64,000 nt of DNA from Candidatus Beckwithbacteria bacterium CG10_big_fil_rev_8_21_14_0_10_34_10 (GCA_002773945.1 PEZT01000001.1:1131-65130), one strand, 5' to 3'; shown: positions 49,996 through 59,835, counted from the stretch's first letter. Notes: generated by a model from the letters alone, not told the origin. Made by a program: numbers and translations.

Positions 49996-50940
49996 ATGAT
50001 GACTAAATCCAATTCTTCTAGGATTTTAGTAGCTGGTAATTCAGTGGTTGATTTAATCTTTCGAGGCGAAACATTTTCTAAAAGACGGGAAAAGGATAGG
50101 CTTTGTTTGGCTTTTGGGGGAAAATATGTACCAGAAGAGTTTTTTGAGTGTTATGGCGGCGGTGGAGCTAATGCGGCTATTTCTTTAGCCAGACAAGGTT
50201 TTGATGTCTCTTTATGGACCCATCTTGGCAATGACTCTTTTGGAAGAACTATTAGTCGAAATTTAAGAAAAGAAAAAGTTAAAACTAAATTAGTTCGCTT
50301 TAAAGCTAAAAGCACCCCAATTTCTAGCATTCTTTTAACCCCTCAAGGAGAAAGAACCATTATTACTTTTAGATCTGACGCTGACCTAATCACTTTAAAC
50401 AACGGCGTTAGAAGAGCCATGAATAAAAGAAACTGGTTAGCCCTTTTTTCTTTAGCTAAATTGCCTAAAAAAAATAAGCTTGAATATATAAATTTAGCTA
50501 AAAAAAATGGGATGAAAATCTTTTTATCTTTACATGGAACAGAATATCTTAAAGGCCATGACTATTTAAAGGAGTACTTTAGCTTAGCTGATTTAATCCA
50601 TATTAATGCTCATGAACTGGCTGATATTTTTGGTGGTAATGCCCCTGACTTTAATTTTAGAAAAACAAATTTTGCCAAGAAGTTAAATATCCCCTTATTA
50701 GTCGTTAGCTATGATATTAAAGGTAGTTTTGCCTATACTAAAGACAAGATCTACTATCAGCCAATTGTTAAAGCTAACAAGATAGTTGATACTACTGGAG
50801 CAGGTGACGCTTTTGCTTCTGGATTTTTAGGAAGTTTAATTAAAGACGATTCAATTGAAAAAGCTCTTCATTTTGGGTCCCAAAATGCCAGTTCCTTAAT
50901 TCAACACCTAGGGGCTCAAAATGGACTCTTAAAACTATGA
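49996..50940 (+). CDS. PfkB-family carbohydrate kinase
   Basis: GGGGANAA, G.DSFG, N.HE, DTTGAGDAFASG. Confidence 0.9.
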   Translation: MMTKSNSSRILVAGNSVVDLIFRGETFSKRREKDRLCLAFGGKYVPEEFFECYGGGGANAAISLARQGFDVSLWTHLGNDSFGRTISRNLRKEKVKTKLVRFKAKSTPISSILLTPQGERTIITFRSDADLITLNNGVRRAMNKRNWLALFSLAKLPKKNKLEYINLAKKNGMKIFLSLHGTEYLKGHDYLKEYFSLADLIHINAHELADIFGGNAPDFNFRKTNFAKKLNIPLLVVSYDIKGSFAYTKDKIYYQPIVKANKIVDTTGAGDAFASGFLGSLIKDDSIEKALHFGSQNASSLIQHLGAQNGLLKL

Positions 50941-52703
50941 AAGTTAACATCATTAAAAAAAAGTTTAATCCAAAGGCTAATTTAAAAGACTATGAGAAAG
51001 AATATAAAGATTTTGATATAAATCTTTTCAAAGCAGAAATTAAATGTTTTCCTGATGGGAAAACAAATGCTGCTTACCTTGCCACTGACATTCACTTAAA
51101 AGGACCAAATAAAAATAAGATTGCTTTGTATTGGGAAGGGGAAAACGGTCAAGAATTAAAATATAGTTTTTTGGAATTATCTGAAGCTTCCAGCAAGACC
51201 GGTAATCTTTTAAAAAACATTGGAGTGGAAAAAGGAGATAGGGTATTTATTTTTCTTCCCCGGATTCCAGAGCTCTTTATTTCTTTCTTGGGGATCTTAA
51301 AAATAGGCGCCATTGCCGGCACCCTTTTTGCCGCTTTTGGACCTCAAGCTTTAGAAGACCGGTTAAAAAACTCTGGGGCTAAAGTTTTAATTACCCACCC
51401 AGATTTTTATTCCCGAGTCAAAAAAATTCTTCCTCAACTAAAGAATTTAGAAAAGATTATTTTAATTGATGAAAAAAACCGGGTTAATTTTTTAGAAGAA
51501 AAAAATCTAGAAAAAAGCCCTAAAATAGATAACTGCCAGTTCTATTACAGCTTAATGGAAAAAGCTTCCTCTAAACTAAAAGTCAGCCATATGAATCTAA
51601 CTGACCCGGCTTTCATGCTCTATACTTCCGGTACTACCGGTAAACCTAAAGGAGTGGTTCACCACCACCAAGCTATTCTTCATGAAAAAATATCGGCTAA
51701 ATATGTTTTAGATATTAAGGATAATGATGTTTATTGGTGTACGGCTGACCCAGGCTGGGTAACCGGGATTGCCTATGAAATTTTAGGTACCTGGGCTTTA
51801 GGAGCCTCAACTTTAGTTTACCAAGGCCGGTTTAATCCAGAAAAGTGGTATTCGTTAATTGAGGAATATAAGGTCAATGTTTGGTATACAGCTCCAACAG
51901 CCATAAGAATGCTAGCCGCCTCAGGTTTAGACTTAGTAAAAAAGTTTGATTTAACCTCTTTAAGACATTTAGCCAGCGTAGGTGAGCCCTTAAACCCAGA
52001 ATCTGTTCTCTGGGGAATAAAAGCTTTTAATCTGCCCTTCCATGATAATTACTGGCAAACAGAAACCGGGGGAATTGTGATTGCCAATTACCCCAATCTT
52101 GATATTAAAGCTGGCTCCATGGGTAAACCCATGCTGGGAATTAAAGCTGCTATTGTTGATAAAAAAGGTAAAAAACTTAAACCAAATAAAGAAGGGGCTT
52201 TAGTTTTAAAACCTGGCTGGTCATCAATGATGAAAAAGATTTGGAGAAGACCGGAAAAGTATCAAAGCTACTTTAAAAACAATTGGTATATCACCGGGGA
52301 CAGAGCCTACAAAGATAAAGATAACTACTTTTGGTTTGTCGGTAGAGCTGATGATGTCATTAAAACTGCCGGAGAAAGAGTCGGCCCTTTTGAAGTCGAA
52401 TCAGCTCTAGTATCCCATCCTAAGATTATTGAAGCCGGAGTAATTGGCAAACCAGATAAAATGAGAGGAGAAATAATTAAAGCCTTTGTCACCCTTAAAA
52501 AAGGAGTTAAACCAACAAAAACACTTGTAGAAGACATTAAAAACTATGTTAAAAAGCATCTAGCCGGTCATGCCTACCCCAGAGAAATTGAGTTTAGAGA
52601 TAAACTACCTAAAACTAGGTCAGGTAAAATAGTCAGAAGACTTTTAAAAGCTCAAGAACTAGGCCTACCAATTGGAGATACTTCAACCCTAGAAGACTAC
52701 TAA
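50937..52703 (+). CDS. acsA: AMP-forming acetate--CoA ligase
   Basis: YTSGTTGKPKG, ADPGWVTG, SVGEPLN, DNYWQTETG, PKTRSGKI. Confidence 0.92.
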   Translation: MKVNIIKKKFNPKANLKDYEKEYKDFDINLFKAEIKCFPDGKTNAAYLATDIHLKGPNKNKIALYWEGENGQELKYSFLELSEASSKTGNLLKNIGVEKGDRVFIFLPRIPELFISFLGILKIGAIAGTLFAAFGPQALEDRLKNSGAKVLITHPDFYSRVKKILPQLKNLEKIILIDEKNRVNFLEEKNLEKSPKIDNCQFYYSLMEKASSKLKVSHMNLTDPAFMLYTSGTTGKPKGVVHHHQAILHEKISAKYVLDIKDNDVYWCTADPGWVTGIAYEILGTWALGASTLVYQGRFNPEKWYSLIEEYKVNVWYTAPTAIRMLAASGLDLVKKFDLTSLRHLASVGEPLNPESVLWGIKAFNLPFHDNYWQTETGGIVIANYPNLDIKAGSMGKPMLGIKAAIVDKKGKKLKPNKEGALVLKPGWSSMMKKIWRRPEKYQSYFKNNWYITGDRAYKDKDNYFWFVGRADDVIKTAGERVGPFEVESALVSHPKIIEAGVIGKPDKMRGEIIKAFVTLKKGVKPTKTLVEDIKNYVKKHLAGHAYPREIEFRDKLPKTRSGKIVRRLLKAQELGLPIGDTSTLEDY

Positions 52704-52810
52704 TAAATATATTATTAAAATAAAAAGGAAAGCAATAATCAACTTTCATGCTATATCATTTCGGGCATACACTAATTATAAGCTATAATAAAAAAAGGGG
52801 TGAAAGAAAA

Positions 52811-53005
52811 ATAAGTCAAGAGGGAAAGGAGTGGAGAGAGTATACCTTAACGAAGACTCCAAGCCAGCACGAATGGCTAGAAGAAATATCCGACGGAAGG
52901 GATGTATCCGAGCAGAAAAACACAAGCCAGCCTGACGAGAATAGTTCATTTGATTGGAATAATTATGGTACGGTAAGTAGTAAGCCAACCAAATGGAACA
53001 ACTAA
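52811..53005 (+). pseudogene. Probable decayed small gene (ATA in start position)
   Basis: TATAAT and GGGGTGA upstream, then ATA-SQEGKEW... open to 53005; more GC-rich than flanks. Confidence 0.3.
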
Positions 53006-53265
53006 GCCTATCTGATGTTAGTTTATTGCAGCGTATAACGCGGAATATGCGGTTCACTTCATTACGTTTGTTCGCCCAAATTCTTCACTTCGCTTTGTGG
53101 TTAGAGTAAAATATTACCCAAGGCTCATTTAATAACATTGCATATAATGATACATTAAGTAACGAATTAGTATTCGCTAAAACAAGATATTTTTTTTCTC
53201 AACTTTTAATCCAAACAATTTGGTAAACAACTAAGTTTATGTTAAAATATTTGAGGTTTAATAAT

Positions 53266-53523
53266 ATGAGAGAATATAAAAAAGATTACCAAAGAGATAA
53301 TAGAAGAAAAAATGTAGTTTTAGACTGCTTTTTTTGCAAGAAGAAAGTTGAGCCTGAGTGGGAAAAACCAGATCTTCTAAAAAAATATCTTTATGATACT
53401 GGCAAAATTAGTTCTAGAAAAACTAATGGTAACTGCTCTAAACACCAACGTCATGTAGCCAAAGCAATTAAAAGAGCTCGTCATTTAGGTCTTCTTCCCT
53501 ACACTCAAAAGGTTTTATCATAA
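53266..53523 (+). CDS. rpsR: 30S ribosomal protein S18 (zinc-binding C+ form)
   Basis: CFFC, GKISSR, CSKHQR, AIKRAR.LGLLPY; GAGG before ATG 53266. Confidence 0.93.
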   Translation: MREYKKDYQRDNRRKNVVLDCFFCKKKVEPEWEKPDLLKKYLYDTGKISSRKTNGNCSKHQRHVAKAIKRARHLGLLPYTQKVLS

Positions 53524-53528
53524 AGCGA

Positions 53529-53557
53529 TTGACACTTAGTAACAGTTTTCATACAAT
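53529..53557 (+). promoter_or_regulatory. Sigma70-type promoter of the oxidoreductase genes
   Basis: TTGACA-17bp-TACAAT. Confidence 0.65.
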
Positions 53558-53567
53558 TAAAAAGTAG

Positions 53568-55268
53568 ATGAAAAACTCTATTAACATTAAAATTGGTGGT
53601 CATGCTGGAGAAGGAATTAAAGTTTCTGGCCTTATTCTTACAAGGTCTTTAACCCGCTTAGGCTATTCTACCTTTTCCTACAGTGAGTATCCTTCTTTAA
53701 TTAGAGGTGGCCATAATACTTATCAAATTCAAGTAGGATTACATAAAGTTCAGGCATGTTTAAGGAAACTTGATATTTTAATTGCCTTAAACCAGGAAAC
53801 TATTAAACTTCACCAGGATGAGTTAAAAAAGACTTCCTTAGTTATTTATGATCCGGGTGAATTTAAACTTCCCTTAGGTGAGCTTAAAGGTAAGTATTTA
53901 GCCATTCCCTTACTTAAAATTACAAATAAAGCCGGCGGAAAACCGATTATGGCCAACATGGCTTCTTTAGCTTCTGTTTTAACTTTACTTGGAATTGAAT
54001 TAAATACTTTTAAAGATATTATTAGGAAGGAATTTTCCAAAAAAGGTGAAGATTTAGTTAAGGCTAATATTGAAGTTGGTGAAGCCGGTAAAAACTATGT
54101 CTTAAAAAACTACTTTCAAGAAAAATTAGTTTTAGAAAAACCTAAAACTAATTTAAAAAGAATGGTTTTAACTGGAAATGAAGCCATTGCTTTGGGCGCT
54201 TTAGCCGGCGGCTTACAGTTTTATTCTGCTTATCCTATGACTCCGGCAACTTCAATCCTTCACTATTTAGCCAGTATAGAAAATCAGACTAATATTGTAG
54301 TTAAACAGACTGAAGATGAAATCTCGGCTATTAATATGGCTTTAGGAGCTTCTTTTGCTGGAGTTTTATCAATGACCGCTACTTCTGGCGGAGGATTATG
54401 TTTAATGGCCGAAGGAATTTCCATGGCCGGAGTGGCAGAAATACCTTTAGTAATTGTTAATTCTATGAGGCCTGGTCCAGCTTTGGGAATGCCTACTTGG
54501 ACTAGTCAGGGAGATTTACAATTTGTCCTTCATATTGGCCATGATGAATTTCCTCGAATTATTTTTACTCCAGGAGATGCTAAAGAAGCGTTTGAATTAA
54601 CTAAATTAAGTTTTGAGTTAGCCGAAAAGTATCAACTCCCAGTTTTTATCTTAGTTGATAAATATTTATCTGAAAGTGACTTTTCAACTCAGTTATTTAA
54701 AAAAGACCATCCAGCTAAAAGGTTTTCTATGGCTGACAATTTAGGCCCTAAGGACGAATTTTATAAGCGTTACAAGTTGACTGAGAATGGAGTTTCCAAA
54801 AGGTCTATTCCCGGCCAAAAGGGAGGAATTCACTGCTGTAACAGCTATGAACATGATGAAAATGGTTTAGGAACGGAAGAAGGAGAAATGAGAATTAAAA
54901 TGATGGATAAAAGAATGAAAAAAATGAAGCTTTTAGAAAAAGAAATTAAAGGAGTAAGTTTATTTGGTCCTAAAAAAGCCAAGCTTAGTCTAATTTCCTG
55001 GGGATCAAACAAAGGCGTAATTTTAGAAGCCTTAAAAGAACTTAAAAATGTAAACTTTCTTCATTTATCTTGTGTCTGGCCTTTTCCTAAAAAAGAAGTC
55101 GAAGAATTTATTAAAACTAGTGAGAAATGTTATTCTATCGAAGGAAATGCCACCGGCCAGTTAACTAGTTTAATTAAACAGGAAACTGGTTTAACCCTAC
55201 AGAGTGTTTTAAAGTATGATGGCCGACCTTTTTGGGTGGAGGAAATAATCAAAAAGTTTACTAATTAA
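53568..55268 (+). CDS. 2-oxoacid:ferredoxin oxidoreductase alpha subunit (gamma-alpha fusion)
   Basis: GGHAGEG, YPSLIRGGH, YPMTP, EDE, TSGGG, RPGP. Confidence 0.93.
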   Translation: MKNSINIKIGGHAGEGIKVSGLILTRSLTRLGYSTFSYSEYPSLIRGGHNTYQIQVGLHKVQACLRKLDILIALNQETIKLHQDELKKTSLVIYDPGEFKLPLGELKGKYLAIPLLKITNKAGGKPIMANMASLASVLTLLGIELNTFKDIIRKEFSKKGEDLVKANIEVGEAGKNYVLKNYFQEKLVLEKPKTNLKRMVLTGNEAIALGALAGGLQFYSAYPMTPATSILHYLASIENQTNIVVKQTEDEISAINMALGASFAGVLSMTATSGGGLCLMAEGISMAGVAEIPLVIVNSMRPGPALGMPTWTSQGDLQFVLHIGHDEFPRIIFTPGDAKEAFELTKLSFELAEKYQLPVFILVDKYLSESDFSTQLFKKDHPAKRFSMADNLGPKDEFYKRYKLTENGVSKRSIPGQKGGIHCCNSYEHDENGLGTEEGEMRIKMMDKRMKKMKLLEKEIKGVSLFGPKKAKLSLISWGSNKGVILEALKELKNVNFLHLSCVWPFPKKEVEEFIKTSEKCYSIEGNATGQLTSLIKQETGLTLQSVLKYDGRPFWVEEIIKKFTN

Positions 55269-55301
55269 AATAAAATTCTAAACTTAAAATAATAAAATAA
55301 A

Positions 55302-56147
55302 ATGGAAAACTCTAATAAATATTTAAGTCATATTAAACCCACCTGGTGTCCTGGATGTGGTAATTTTGGAATTTTTACTTCTTTAAAAAATGCTTTTAAA
55401 AAGTTAGATTTGGATCCTAGCGAATTGGCAGTGGTGACTGATGTTGGCTGTTCTGGTAATACAGCTGATTTTCTTAAAACCTATGTCTTTCATGCTTTAC
55501 ATGGCCGGGCTTTACCACCGGCAGCAGGAATTAAGCTTGCTAATCACAAATTAAAAGTAGTGGCCATTATTGGTGATGGCGGCTGTTATGGTGAAGGCTT
55601 AGGCCACTATATTAATCTTATGAGAGGAAATCACGATATTACTGTTTTAGTTCATGATAACTCTCTATATAGTTTAACGACTGGTCAAACATCACCCACC
55701 ACCCCCAAAGGAATAAAAACTAAATCTTCTCCCAATGGGGTAATTGAAGAACCATTGAATCCTTTAGCTTTAGCTTTAGCTAACAGCGCCAGTTTTTGTG
55801 CCCGCACTTATGCCCTAGATATTAAAGATCAGACTAATACTATTATTAAAGCAATTAGTCATTCAGGCTTTAGCTTGATAGATATTCTTCAACCCTGTAT
55901 TACTTTTAATAAAACTCAAACAATTAAATGGTATCAAGAAAGAGTTTATAAATTAAAAAATAGATTTAAAAACAAGGAAGAGGCTTTCAAAGAAACTCTC
56001 CGAACTGATAAACTGGGAACCGGTATTTTTTGGCAGGAAAAAAGACCAGCTTATCACCAAGAATGCCAAACCTTGAAAAATGAGGCCTTAGTGGCTAAAA
56101 ATATTAAGAATATAAATTTAGGGGAACTAATTGATAAGTTAGTTTAA
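55302..56147 (+). CDS. 2-oxoacid:ferredoxin oxidoreductase beta subunit
   Basis: WCPGCG, GCS, HGRA, GDG..N TPP motif, QPC.TFN. Confidence 0.93.
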   Translation: MENSNKYLSHIKPTWCPGCGNFGIFTSLKNAFKKLDLDPSELAVVTDVGCSGNTADFLKTYVFHALHGRALPPAAGIKLANHKLKVVAIIGDGGCYGEGLGHYINLMRGNHDITVLVHDNSLYSLTTGQTSPTTPKGIKTKSSPNGVIEEPLNPLALALANSASFCARTYALDIKDQTNTIIKAISHSGFSLIDILQPCITFNKTQTIKWYQERVYKLKNRFKNKEEAFKETLRTDKLGTGIFWQEKRPAYHQECQTLKNEALVAKNIKNINLGELIDKLV

Positions 56148-56152
56148 ATTAA

Positions 56153-56794
56153 ATGATTGAATCTATTATTCAGCCTCTGGCTGATTTTGTTATTTTTTTG
56201 GTAAATAAACTAAGTTATGGAGGGGTGGTTTTAGCAATGGCCATTGAATCCTGCTGTATTCCTTTACCCTCAGAAATTATTATGCCTTTTGCTGGCTTTA
56301 TGGTCTCCAAGGGCGTTTTTAATTTTTGGTTAGTTGCTTTAGCTGGTGGTCTTGGCTGTTTGATAGGCTCTATGCTGGCTTATGCAATTGGCTATTTTGG
56401 CGGAGAAACTTTAGTCAGGAACATTATTAAAAAATATGGCAAATATGTTTTAGTTTTTGAGTATGAATTGGATGAAGCTGAAGTTTGGTTTAGAAAACAT
56501 GGAGAAATGATTGCCTTTTCTTCTCGGCTTTTACCAGTTGTTAGAACTTTTATTTCCTTACCAGCCGGAATTTCAAAAATGAATTTTAAAAAATTCTGCT
56601 TTTATACTTTAACAGGTTCAATTATCTGGTCTGCTGTCTTGGGTTATATTGGTAAAGTTTTGGGCGAAAACTGGAATTCTCTAGGAACATATTTTCACAA
56701 GTTTGATTTAGCTATTGTTTTAAGCTTTTTTGGACTTGGAGTCTTTTACGTTGACCACAAGCTTAAAAAGCACAAAAAAAGAAAGAGTCAGTAG
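56153..56794 (+). CDS. DedA family membrane protein
   Basis: ESCCIPLPSEIIMPFAG, RLLPVVRTFISLPAG. Confidence 0.93.
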   Translation: MIESIIQPLADFVIFLVNKLSYGGVVLAMAIESCCIPLPSEIIMPFAGFMVSKGVFNFWLVALAGGLGCLIGSMLAYAIGYFGGETLVRNIIKKYGKYVLVFEYELDEAEVWFRKHGEMIAFSSRLLPVVRTFISLPAGISKMNFKKFCFYTLTGSIIWSAVLGYIGKVLGENWNSLGTYFHKFDLAIVLSFFGLGVFYVDHKLKKHKKRKSQ

Positions 56795-56800
56795 TCTTTT

Positions 56801-57418
56801 CTAATATTTTCTAATAATAGCTTTTATTTCACCCTGGATTTTAATTTTATTAACAAATAAAGGTGGTTTGACATTTCTTATTGATTCTAGTCTAACCCTG
56901 GTTTCTTCTTTAAAAAACCTTTTTAAGGTAACTACATCCTTTTCTAAAAGAGCTAAAACTAATTCTCCGTCCTCAACATTAGCTTTTTCTTCAATGACAA
57001 CAAAGTCACCATCTAAAATACCTTCATCTAGGAAAGTATCACCTTTAACTTTTAAAACTAAGGCCCTTTTTTTACCAGATAATAGGGAAGGAGCAACACT
57101 AAAAAAAACGTCCATTTCCGAGAATGGCTCAATTGGCCGTCCTTCAGCAATAAAACCCAAAACAGGCAATTTCATCCCCGTGTCATTATCAGCCAGCTTT
57201 TTATCTACCACTTCCATATGACGATGTTTTCCATACCCAGTTATTTTTAAAACCCCTTTTTTCTGAAGTTGATTCATGTGTTCATGAACCGTGGCTAAAG
57301 AACTTAAACCCATGGCATCAGCAATTTCTCTTAATGCCGGAGCAAAACCATTTCTTTGAATATATTGAGCGACAAACTCTAGGGCTTGTCTTTGTTTTTC
57401 ATATAGAACGACAGGCAT
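56801..57418 (-). CDS. lexA: LexA-family repressor with degenerate autoprotease site
   Basis: GFAPALREIADAMGLSSLATVHEH wHTH; S24-like domain with IAEG, GDTF, VTLKRF; GGAGG before ATG 57418. Confidence 0.88.
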   Translation of the reverse strand: MPVVLYEKQRQALEFVAQYIQRNGFAPALREIADAMGLSSLATVHEHMNQLQKKGVLKITGYGKHRHMEVVDKKLADNDTGMKLPVLGFIAEGRPIEPFSEMDVFFSVAPSLLSGKKRALVLKVKGDTFLDEGILDGDFVVIEEKANVEDGELVLALLEKDVVTLKRFFKEETRVRLESIRNVKPPLFVNKIKIQGEIKAIIRKY

Positions 57419-57431
57419 AGATTCCTCCTTT

Positions 57432-57481
57432 GTTTGTTTTTTGTTTGATTTCAGTTTGGGCCAAAAAAATTCCTTTGTCAA
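57432..57481 (-). promoter_or_regulatory. lexA promoter with three CAAAC direct repeats at 11-bp spacing
   Basis: Minus strand TTGACA-17bp-CAAACT, then CAAAC-N6-CAAAC-N6-CAAAC. Confidence 0.6.
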
Positions 57482-57560
57482 CTAGAACTTTTTATATCTT
57501 AATCAACTTTAAGGCTTCAAAATGCTAGACAGCTATAAATAAAAAATTTAAAATGAATTT

Positions 57561-59450
57561 ATGATAAAAAAGAAAAGTCTATTAATTGGAATTTTAAGAA
57601 CTGGAGAATTTACATCAACTTTCCTTTTTTTTGGCTTCTTATTTCTTTCCTTAATAATTAAGCCAGTTTTTGCTCAAGGTGAATTTAGTAAAAGCTATTC
57701 AATCAAATACACTGTTAATTCTGATGCCAGTGTTTTAGTTGAGCAAAACATTAGCTTGAAAAACAACTTGGCTAATATTTATGCCACGGAGTACAGTTTA
57801 ACTTTAGGGACAGTTGAGGTGAACAACATTTGGGCGAGTGACAATTTTGGGAGTTTAAATCCCATAATAGAAAAAAGTAATAATCAAACTAAAATTAAGC
57901 TTAACTTTAATGACAAAGTCGTCGGGAAAGACCAGGTTTTAAATTTAAAATTAGGCTATACTTCCAGGGATTACGCCCAATTAAATGGCCAAGTTCTAAC
58001 AGTTGCTATTCCTCGAATAAATGATGAGACAGACCTGACATCATTTGAACAGGAATTATTAACCCCCTTATTTTTTGAAGAACCAATATTTATAAGACCT
58101 AGGCCAAGTCAAACAGGAATTAAGGCCGGTTTTAATGCTTATCAGTTTGACCAAAGTAGTTTAAAAAATGGTATTTTTGCATCTTTTGGAGCTAGTCAGA
58201 TTTTTAACTTTAATCTTAAATATTATTTAGAGAATAAAGATAAGGTTGCTCAGTATTTAGAAATTGCTCTTCCACCCGAGACAGCTTTTCAAAAAGTTTA
58301 TTATCAATCAATCAATCCTGACCCTTTAGATGTTCAGCTGGATAAAGACGGCAATTGGCTGGCTATTTATCTTTTAGAACCAAAACAAGGAATAGAAATT
58401 AAGGCCTCGGGAGCGGCAGAAATATTTTTGGAGCCCAAAGGAGAGATAAAGGGAATGAAAATGAGTAACCAGGCAGATTATTTGTTATCCCAAAATTATT
58501 GGCCGGTTAATGATCCTAAGATAAAAGATATTGTTAAGGATTTAGATACCGTAGCCCAAATTTATGATTATGTCGTTAATACCTTGGACTATTCCTATAA
58601 TAAGCTTGATGGTTCTAATAAGAGAATGGGGGCCATTATGGCTTTAAATAACCCCAAGGATGTGGTTTGCATGGAGTTTACTGATTTGTTTATTACTTTG
58701 GCTCGGGCTAAAGGAATTTTAGCCCGGGAAGTTAATGGTTATGCTTATACTAATAATCCTAATTTAAGACCCTTAAGCTTAACCCAAGATATTCTCCATG
58801 CCTGGCCTGAGTATTATGACTGGGAAGAAACTCTATGGCGTCCAGTTGACCCAACTTGGGAAGATACTACTGGCGGGATTGACTTTTTTAGTCAATTGGA
58901 TTTAAATCATTTTACATTTGTATTCCATGGTTTATCTTCCGAGTATCCTTATCCACCCGGGGCATATAAGTCAGATACAAGTCAAGGTCAGTCATTAGAT
59001 ATTAGTTTTGGTCAGCTACCAGAAGAAAGGCTTAAAACTAAGGTAGAATTAATTTTACCCAAAAAAGCCTATGGTGGTCAAAATTTAAAAGGAAAAGTGA
59101 TTCTTAGAAATTTAGGCAATACTGCTATCCATCAAAGTAAGGCAAGTTGGGAAACAACTGGTTTATTAAATAATAAACAAACGGCTTTAGTTCAAATCTT
59201 ACCACCCTATGGTAAAAAGGAAATTATCATTAACCTTGGTAGGCTTGAACCTTTTAAAAAAGGATCAGTTAAATTTAAAGTTAATTATAAAGGAGAAATT
59301 GCCACCGAAGAAATAGGAGTAAATTCCTTTTCACCTTATTTTTCCATTATTTTGTCTTTAGGGGGAGCTGGCGGAATTTTTCTCTTTATGCTATGTTTTA
59401 AATTAGGAAAAGTATATTTAAAAACCCGTGAAAAAAATATTAAAAACTAG
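57561..59450 (+). CDS. Surface transglutaminase-like domain protein, TM at both ends
   Basis: VCMEF (Cys), LHAWPE (His), VDPTW (Asp). Confidence 0.85.
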   Translation: MIKKKSLLIGILRTGEFTSTFLFFGFLFLSLIIKPVFAQGEFSKSYSIKYTVNSDASVLVEQNISLKNNLANIYATEYSLTLGTVEVNNIWASDNFGSLNPIIEKSNNQTKIKLNFNDKVVGKDQVLNLKLGYTSRDYAQLNGQVLTVAIPRINDETDLTSFEQELLTPLFFEEPIFIRPRPSQTGIKAGFNAYQFDQSSLKNGIFASFGASQIFNFNLKYYLENKDKVAQYLEIALPPETAFQKVYYQSINPDPLDVQLDKDGNWLAIYLLEPKQGIEIKASGAAEIFLEPKGEIKGMKMSNQADYLLSQNYWPVNDPKIKDIVKDLDTVAQIYDYVVNTLDYSYNKLDGSNKRMGAIMALNNPKDVVCMEFTDLFITLARAKGILAREVNGYAYTNNPNLRPLSLTQDILHAWPEYYDWEETLWRPVDPTWEDTTGGIDFFSQLDLNHFTFVFHGLSSEYPYPPGAYKSDTSQGQSLDISFGQLPEERLKTKVELILPKKAYGGQNLKGKVILRNLGNTAIHQSKASWETTGLLNNKQTALVQILPPYGKKEIIINLGRLEPFKKGSVKFKVNYKGEIATEEIGVNSFSPYFSIILSLGGAGGIFLFMLCFKLGKVYLKTREKNIKN

Positions 59451-59835
59451 TTTTGTTAATGGAGTTGCTTTAAGCCTAGTCAGCTGGCTATTTCCAGGAA
59501 TAAAACTGAGTTTTGATCCAGCTCAGTTTATTTTAGTCAGTATTTTAATAACCCTGATTATAAAATTAATTAAACCCATTTTTAATTTAGCTTTTCTGCC
59601 CATTAATGTTTTAACTCTTGGTTTATTTCGCTGGGTTAGACTTATTTTTGCCTTAGGAATCCTTATTTATTTAAACTTGGGAGTTTCTCTAGAAGAATTC
59701 TTCTTTCCTGGACTAAATTTCCAAGGAGTAGTGATTAACCCTTATCACTTATCATCTTTTTATAGTTTAATTTTAGGGGCGTTCTTTTTTGACCTAGCCA
59801 GAAAAGTTATCTTTTGGATTATTAAAAAAAACTAA
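59428..59835 (+). CDS. 4-TM 'phage holin family' (YvlD-like) membrane protein
   Basis: IKPI....LPINVLTLGLF. Confidence 0.75.
   Translation: MKKILKTSFVNGVALSLVSWLFPGIKLSFDPAQFILVSILITLIIKLIKPIFNLAFLPINVLTLGLFRWVRLIFALGILIYLNLGVSLEEFFFPGLNFQGVVINPYHLSSFYSLILGAFFFDLARKVIFWIIKKN

Noticed and set aside
59428-59835. Holin-family gene as a sign of a prophage
   Set aside because: No phage structural, lysin or integrase genes nearby; this 4-TM family is commonly chromosomal.
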